NCBI GenBank assembly: GCA_040758355.1
Contig: JBFLWF010000002.1
Coordinates: forward strand, 102,915 to 166,914
DNA length: 64,000 bases
Direction of reading: 5' to 3'
Origin: Nitrospirota bacterium
GTDB taxonomy: Bacteria; Nitrospirota; Thermodesulfovibrionia; Thermodesulfovibrionales; Dissulfurispiraceae
In this document: in pieces, positions 59,777 to 64,000 of the stretch
Layout: each line of letters opens with the position of its first letter
Position numbering within the stretch: position 1 is the stretch's first letter
Program-made: the position numbers and the translations under genes
Notes under the pieces: generated by a model
The model's database searches: none
What the model was told of the DNA's origin: nothing
The model's input: only the letters and a program-made list of their open reading frames with translations

Positions 59777-61956
59777 TGAGAAATACAGGATTTAGGATTC
59801 AGGATTCAGGATTCAGGACTAATAAATTTAGTGGTGCCATCAAATCGTATGTTTTATTCGCTGCTTACTGTTTACTGGTTACTGTCTACTGCTTCAGTGG
59901 TATGGCAGATGCCAGAGAGGCGATAAAGGATTCAGGTGTTCATCGGATAACAAATATCGAGTTGCTGGATAATGCTGTAAAAATCAAGATCAATGGCCCC
60001 ATAAGGTATAAGATATCCAGCCCTGCAGACCCGTTCAGGGCAACCGTGGATATAGAAGGGGTAAGCCTTGGAAGATTTGGAGATAAGATTTACTCCAGGC
60101 AGGCCGGCATAACGGAAATATCATTGACACAAATAGAGACCCCTGTTGTAACATCACGTCTGGATATCCTTTTGCAGAGCCCTTCCATTATTAAACCCGA
60201 GATACAGGGAGATACACTCATACTTTATGTGGAATCGAAGAACGATGCTGCAAAACAGGAGCTTATAGACAAGAGGACGGATAAGGGCATGTCCCGGCAG
60301 GAAGGCAAGCCGGATAAGGCCAATGATAAGAGTGGTAATGCTGCAAAAGAGATCGCTGCAGTGGTATTTGATAAAACCGATGTTGGGATTGAACTGGTCA
60401 TAAAGGGCGATGGTACAATGCCGGAGCCGGCTGTGTTCGAGCTTGACGGCAAGATCATGATAGACATCCCTGATGTGGTGATGAAGGCGTCCCTGCCATC
60501 CAGCATACCATCTCCTGTTAAAGACCTTAAGTATAAGGCTGAAAAGGGGAATATAAGGTTTATACTGGACATTGAAGGAAAGGTCGATACAGAGGTAGTT
60601 GCGATGGAGGATGAAATAATAGTTGATATGGCTTTTAAAGATAGGAAAATTGATTTAGCAAAAAGAGACGATATTCAGAAAGCCCCAAACTCCAAACTCC
60701 AAACTCCAAACTCTGATCTGGTTTCTCTTGATTTTCAGGATGCCGACATAGTACCGATCCTGAGGCTTCTGGGTGATGTGAGCGGATACAATATCGTTAT
60801 CCATCCCGATGTGAAGGGAAAGATATCCATGAAGCTCATGAATGTGCCGTGGGAGCAGGCTCTCGATATAGTGCTGAAGACATTTAACCTCGAGAAGGTT
60901 GTCGAGGGCAATGTCATAAGGATTGCGACATTAAAGGCATTTCAGGAGGAGAAGAAGGCTGTTGCTGAAACAAAAGAGGTTTTCGGCAAGGCAGAGGATA
61001 TTGAGACAAGGGTATTTACTGTGAACTATGCAAATGTTGAAAAGGTTAAAGACTCGATAGAGAAAGGAAAGATTTTATCTCCGAGGGGCAATATTAGTAT
61101 CGATACAAGAACGCGCTCGTTAATCGTTAAAGACATCCCATCGAGCCTTAATGAAATCCAGAGACTCGTACATGACCTTGATAAATCAACACCACAGGTG
61201 CTTATCGAGTCGAGGATCGTAGAAATGAGTAATAACTTCTCAAAAAGCCTTGGTATTGAGTGGGGTGGCCAATACCGCCCCAGAATGGGGGATGATAATA
61301 CAGCTCTTCGAGGAGGACTCGGTACCACTATAACTGGTGGACAAAGTACAGGAGTTGGGCTTGTTAATTTGCCTGCCACTACTACAAAAATTACCTCTCC
61401 CACAAGTGCTATAACACTCGGCTATTTAAATGCAGCTCAAACCTTTGGCCTGGACCTGAGGCTGTCTGCAATTGAGGCTGTTGGTAAGGCAAAACTGCTT
61501 TCAACGCCAAAGATTATGACACTTGAGAATGAGCAGGCAATTATAAGACACGGTAAGAAAATACCGATTACTACTCCTGGTGCAGTACAGGGGACATATA
61601 CGACAACTTATATAGATGCAAATTTAAAGATAACTGTGACTCCACAGGTAGCACCTGACGGCACAATTTTCTTGAAAATAGACGTAAATAAAGACGAGCC
61701 CGATTATGTAAACAAAGATATATTAGGCAATCCGGCAATAGATACGAGGGCAGTATCAACGCAGGTGCTTGTGAAGGACGGCGAGACCGTTGTTATTGGC
61801 GGTATTCTGAAAAGTTCAGAGTCGGATAACGATTCAGGAGTGCCCGGACTTTCCAAGATTCCACTGCTTGGCTGGCTTTTTAAGAGGGAGACCAAGGAAA
61901 CAAGTTCCGAAGAATTGCTTATTTTTATAACGCCGAGGATTGTAAAACAGCAATAA
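59773..61956 (+). CDS. pilQ: Type IV pilus secretin PilQ
   Basis: AMIN-like domains; SLDFQDAD, VPWEQAL, GETVVIGG, ELLIFITP. Confidence 0.93.
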   Translation: MMRNTGFRIQDSGFRTNKFSGAIKSYVLFAAYCLLVTVYCFSGMADAREAIKDSGVHRITNIELLDNAVKIKINGPIRYKISSPADPFRATVDIEGVSLGRFGDKIYSRQAGITEISLTQIETPVVTSRLDILLQSPSIIKPEIQGDTLILYVESKNDAAKQELIDKRTDKGMSRQEGKPDKANDKSGNAAKEIAAVVFDKTDVGIELVIKGDGTMPEPAVFELDGKIMIDIPDVVMKASLPSSIPSPVKDLKYKAEKGNIRFILDIEGKVDTEVVAMEDEIIVDMAFKDRKIDLAKRDDIQKAPNSKLQTPNSDLVSLDFQDADIVPILRLLGDVSGYNIVIHPDVKGKISMKLMNVPWEQALDIVLKTFNLEKVVEGNVIRIATLKAFQEEKKAVAETKEVFGKAEDIETRVFTVNYANVEKVKDSIEKGKILSPRGNISIDTRTRSLIVKDIPSSLNEIQRLVHDLDKSTPQVLIESRIVEMSNNFSKSLGIEWGGQYRPRMGDDNTALRGGLGTTITGGQSTGVGLVNLPATTTKITSPTSAITLGYLNAAQTFGLDLRLSAIEAVGKAKLLSTPKIMTLENEQAIIRHGKKIPITTPGAVQGTYTTTYIDANLKITVTPQVAPDGTIFLKIDVNKDEPDYVNKDILGNPAIDTRAVSTQVLVKDGETVVIGGILKSSESDNDSGVPGLSKIPLLGWLFKRETKETSSEELLIFITPRIVKQQ

Positions 61957-61970
61957 GTTAGCTGATTGCT

Positions 61971-62207
61971 TTAGGTTTTCCAGATATTGTATTCGTCTAT
62001 CAGCTTTATGCCTGTGTAGTAACAGCAGAGCTCATTGTTTAGATCATTGATAAACGAGCGATCGTCTCCGTCCTGGAAGGCGATCCTCACAAAACAAAAT
62101 CCCCCGGGCAGGTCAGAGTGTTTTTCTTCGACAACCTCTCCGACGCCCCATGAAAAGTATTTCAGATGCCTGACCTTATCGCCGACCTTTAGATATAATC
62201 TCTTCAT
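61971..62207 (-). CDS. Small SH3-like hypothetical protein (DUF3553-like)
   Basis: GDKVRH...WGVGEV. Confidence 0.55.
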   Translation of the reverse strand: MKRLYLKVGDKVRHLKYFSWGVGEVVEEKHSDLPGGFCFVRIAFQDGDDRSFINDLNNELCCYYTGIKLIDEYNIWKT

Positions 62208-62225
62208 ACAAATATTATAACAGAC

Positions 62226-63050
62226 TCATCTGATGTAAACCCCGTACAGGGAGTAGACAAAATGCCCTGTAATGGTGAGCCCATCTTTTCCCCATTCGTC
62301 CGGAAGGGGCCAGTATGGCTCGGCATCCTTTAATGCCTTGATTGCCGCATCGTCAAGGCTCTTATGCCCTGAAGTCCTGACCAGTTCAACAGTCCCTAAC
62401 TTCCCATTTTTTTTAATGGTAAACTTTACATACAGGTCGCCGAACAGCCCTTTCTCGGCAGCATCTGAAGGATACCTCCATATGCCTTCTATTTTTTCCT
62501 TCAGCCTTTGCATATAGCCATAGTACTTGAACTCCTGCGTATCGAATGTGATGCCGTTATCGGTTTTTGTTTCCTCCTTCCCTTTTTGTGCGAGTTTGCC
62601 TATAACATCTTTGTCAAAGAACTTCTCCCTGAAAGTTTTTGGTGCAGGTTTTTCGGATGTGCCCTGCCTGTTTCCGCTCGGGGCAGGAAGTTCACCCTTT
62701 CCCTCTTTGCCTGTAACATCCTTTGGCGGAGTAGACGTGGCAGCAGAGTCCGTATCTGAAGAGCCTTTTGGCAGTTTTTGCTCGGATGACCGTCCGGATG
62801 GAGCAGCCGAAAGGTCTTTAGGCGAAGGCATATCTTTAGGCAGCTTTGGCATCCTGAAAGTCTTTTCTTTTTTTGGCGCTTCAGGAGTTTTGGGCGGTCT
62901 CAATGTCCTCTCTTGTTGCAGTTCCTCGGGAGTGATGATCTGCGCAAAAAAAGGAGGGGGTACTTTTTCCTTCTTTTCCTGAACAAGGAAAAGAGCTAAT
63001 AAAACTACCATAACATGCAGTATAAGCGAATAAATTAAGGACTTCTTCAA
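62226..63050 (-). CDS. tonB: TonB/TolA family energy transducer
   Basis: SLILH anchor; Pro-rich linker; WRYP..., TSG..LD.AA. Confidence 0.8.
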   Translation of the reverse strand: MKKSLIYSLILHVMVVLLALFLVQEKKEKVPPPFFAQIITPEELQQERTLRPPKTPEAPKKEKTFRMPKLPKDMPSPKDLSAAPSGRSSEQKLPKGSSDTDSAATSTPPKDVTGKEGKGELPAPSGNRQGTSEKPAPKTFREKFFDKDVIGKLAQKGKEETKTDNGITFDTQEFKYYGYMQRLKEKIEGIWRYPSDAAEKGLFGDLYVKFTIKKNGKLGTVELVRTSGHKSLDDAAIKALKDAEPYWPLPDEWGKDGLTITGHFVYSLYGVYIR

Positions 63051-63182
63051 GATATTTTATTTTAACACAGCCTGCTATAATTAAAATAAAAAGCCGGATA
63101 TATCATGGAAACAGAAATTTCGTCTGGCATAAGATTGGATTTTCTATATCCAATCTTTTCAGGGGATGTAAACGGAGGAGAT

Positions 63183-63932
63183 ATGAGGAAGACCATTCTC
63201 TTGGTAGAAGATGATGTGGTGGTAATCAATATTATAAAAGTTTCTCTCGAAGGAAAATATAATATATTAATAGCATCAAACTGCTCAAGGGCTCTTAAAC
63301 AGCTTAAAAACCACATAGACCTTGCAATTATAAACTATAAACTGCCTGACTGCAACGGGCTTGATCTATTAAAAGAAATCAGGGAGGTGAAGCCGGCATT
63401 GCCTGCAATAATGATAACGGCTTACAGCACCGAGGATATGATAATAAATGCGCTCAGGGCAGGTGCAACAGATTACATAAAGAAGCCATTCAGCCCCGCA
63501 TATCTTTTGATGAAAATATCAGAGATACTCGGAGAAAAGGAAGACATTGGACATTTTAAAAATGTGGACAGCAGGGGTGAATTTATAACGGATGGCATAG
63601 CGGCATATGTAAAAGAAAGATACGGGGACGACCTGACGCTTGACAAACTCGCAAAGATGGCAGGCATGAACAAATATAAATTTTCCAAAATATTCAGAGA
63701 AAGGATCGGACAGAGCTTTCCATCGTATCTGAACAGCATCAGGGTTAAAAGTGCTGCTGAACTGCTCAGAAACTCTGGTTTGAGCATTACAGAAATAGCC
63801 CATTTTGTTGGTTATAAAAGCATTGTCCATTTTGAGAGGGTGTTCAGATCACAATACGGCTTATCACCGAGGGAATTGAGGTCGGATGTCAATAGTGGAT
63901 ACCAATTCACTCATGCTGCAATCCTCGTTTGA
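63183..63932 (+). CDS. Receiver-AraC transcriptional regulator (atypical receiver)
   Basis: LLVEDD, ITAY, KPF; AraC HTH; start after RBS ggag. Confidence 0.85.
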   Translation: MRKTILLVEDDVVVINIIKVSLEGKYNILIASNCSRALKQLKNHIDLAIINYKLPDCNGLDLLKEIREVKPALPAIMITAYSTEDMIINALRAGATDYIKKPFSPAYLLMKISEILGEKEDIGHFKNVDSRGEFITDGIAAYVKERYGDDLTLDKLAKMAGMNKYKFSKIFRERIGQSFPSYLNSIRVKSAAELLRNSGLSITEIAHFVGYKSIVHFERVFRSQYGLSPRELRSDVNSGYQFTHAAILV

Positions 63933-64000
63933 TAAAACTTTTTCTCATAAGCAACAGGGGATAGATACCCCAGCTTTGCCTGTCTCCTCTGTCGGTTGTA

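Overview
Bacterial chromosome window. Gene content and style suggest a Nitrospirota/Thermodesulfovibrionia-like or deltaproteobacterial anaerobe (inference only). Contents from left to right: (1) an osmoadaptation and ion-transport cluster (3' end of treY, GT2 glucosylglycerate-synthase-like enzyme, MscS-type TM protein, CPA2 and Na/Ca antiporters); (2) a ~11 kb defence island at 6.0-16.9 kb (HicBA, two DUF1016/YhcG nucleases, orphan DUF2442, a type III-like Mod...Res pair split by cargo genes, a zeta-like ATPase pair). Its cargo genes are separated by repeated degenerate copies of one gene start and by scars of deleted genes, like a cassette array with no integrase; (3) a ChrB-HD-MFS module without chrA, with a shared promoter/operator motif; (4) two yybP-ykoY (Mn2+) riboswitches, one before htpX and one before a carbonic anhydrase...P-type ATPase operon, flanking a divergent two-subunit biotin carboxylase; (5) an aspartate-family amino-acid cluster containing a TusA-MoeB-JAB-ThrC-like-ThiS/MoaD-NIL sulfur-carrier module; (6) housekeeping genes, pilMNOPQ with an unusual fused PilP, TonB and an AraC regulator with a pseudo-receiver domain. 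Short 7/8-mer tandem repeats and palindromic elements are inserted in frame in many conserved genes. No tRNA, rRNA, CRISPR array or transposase/integrase was recognised. All calls come from reading motifs by eye; no searches were run.
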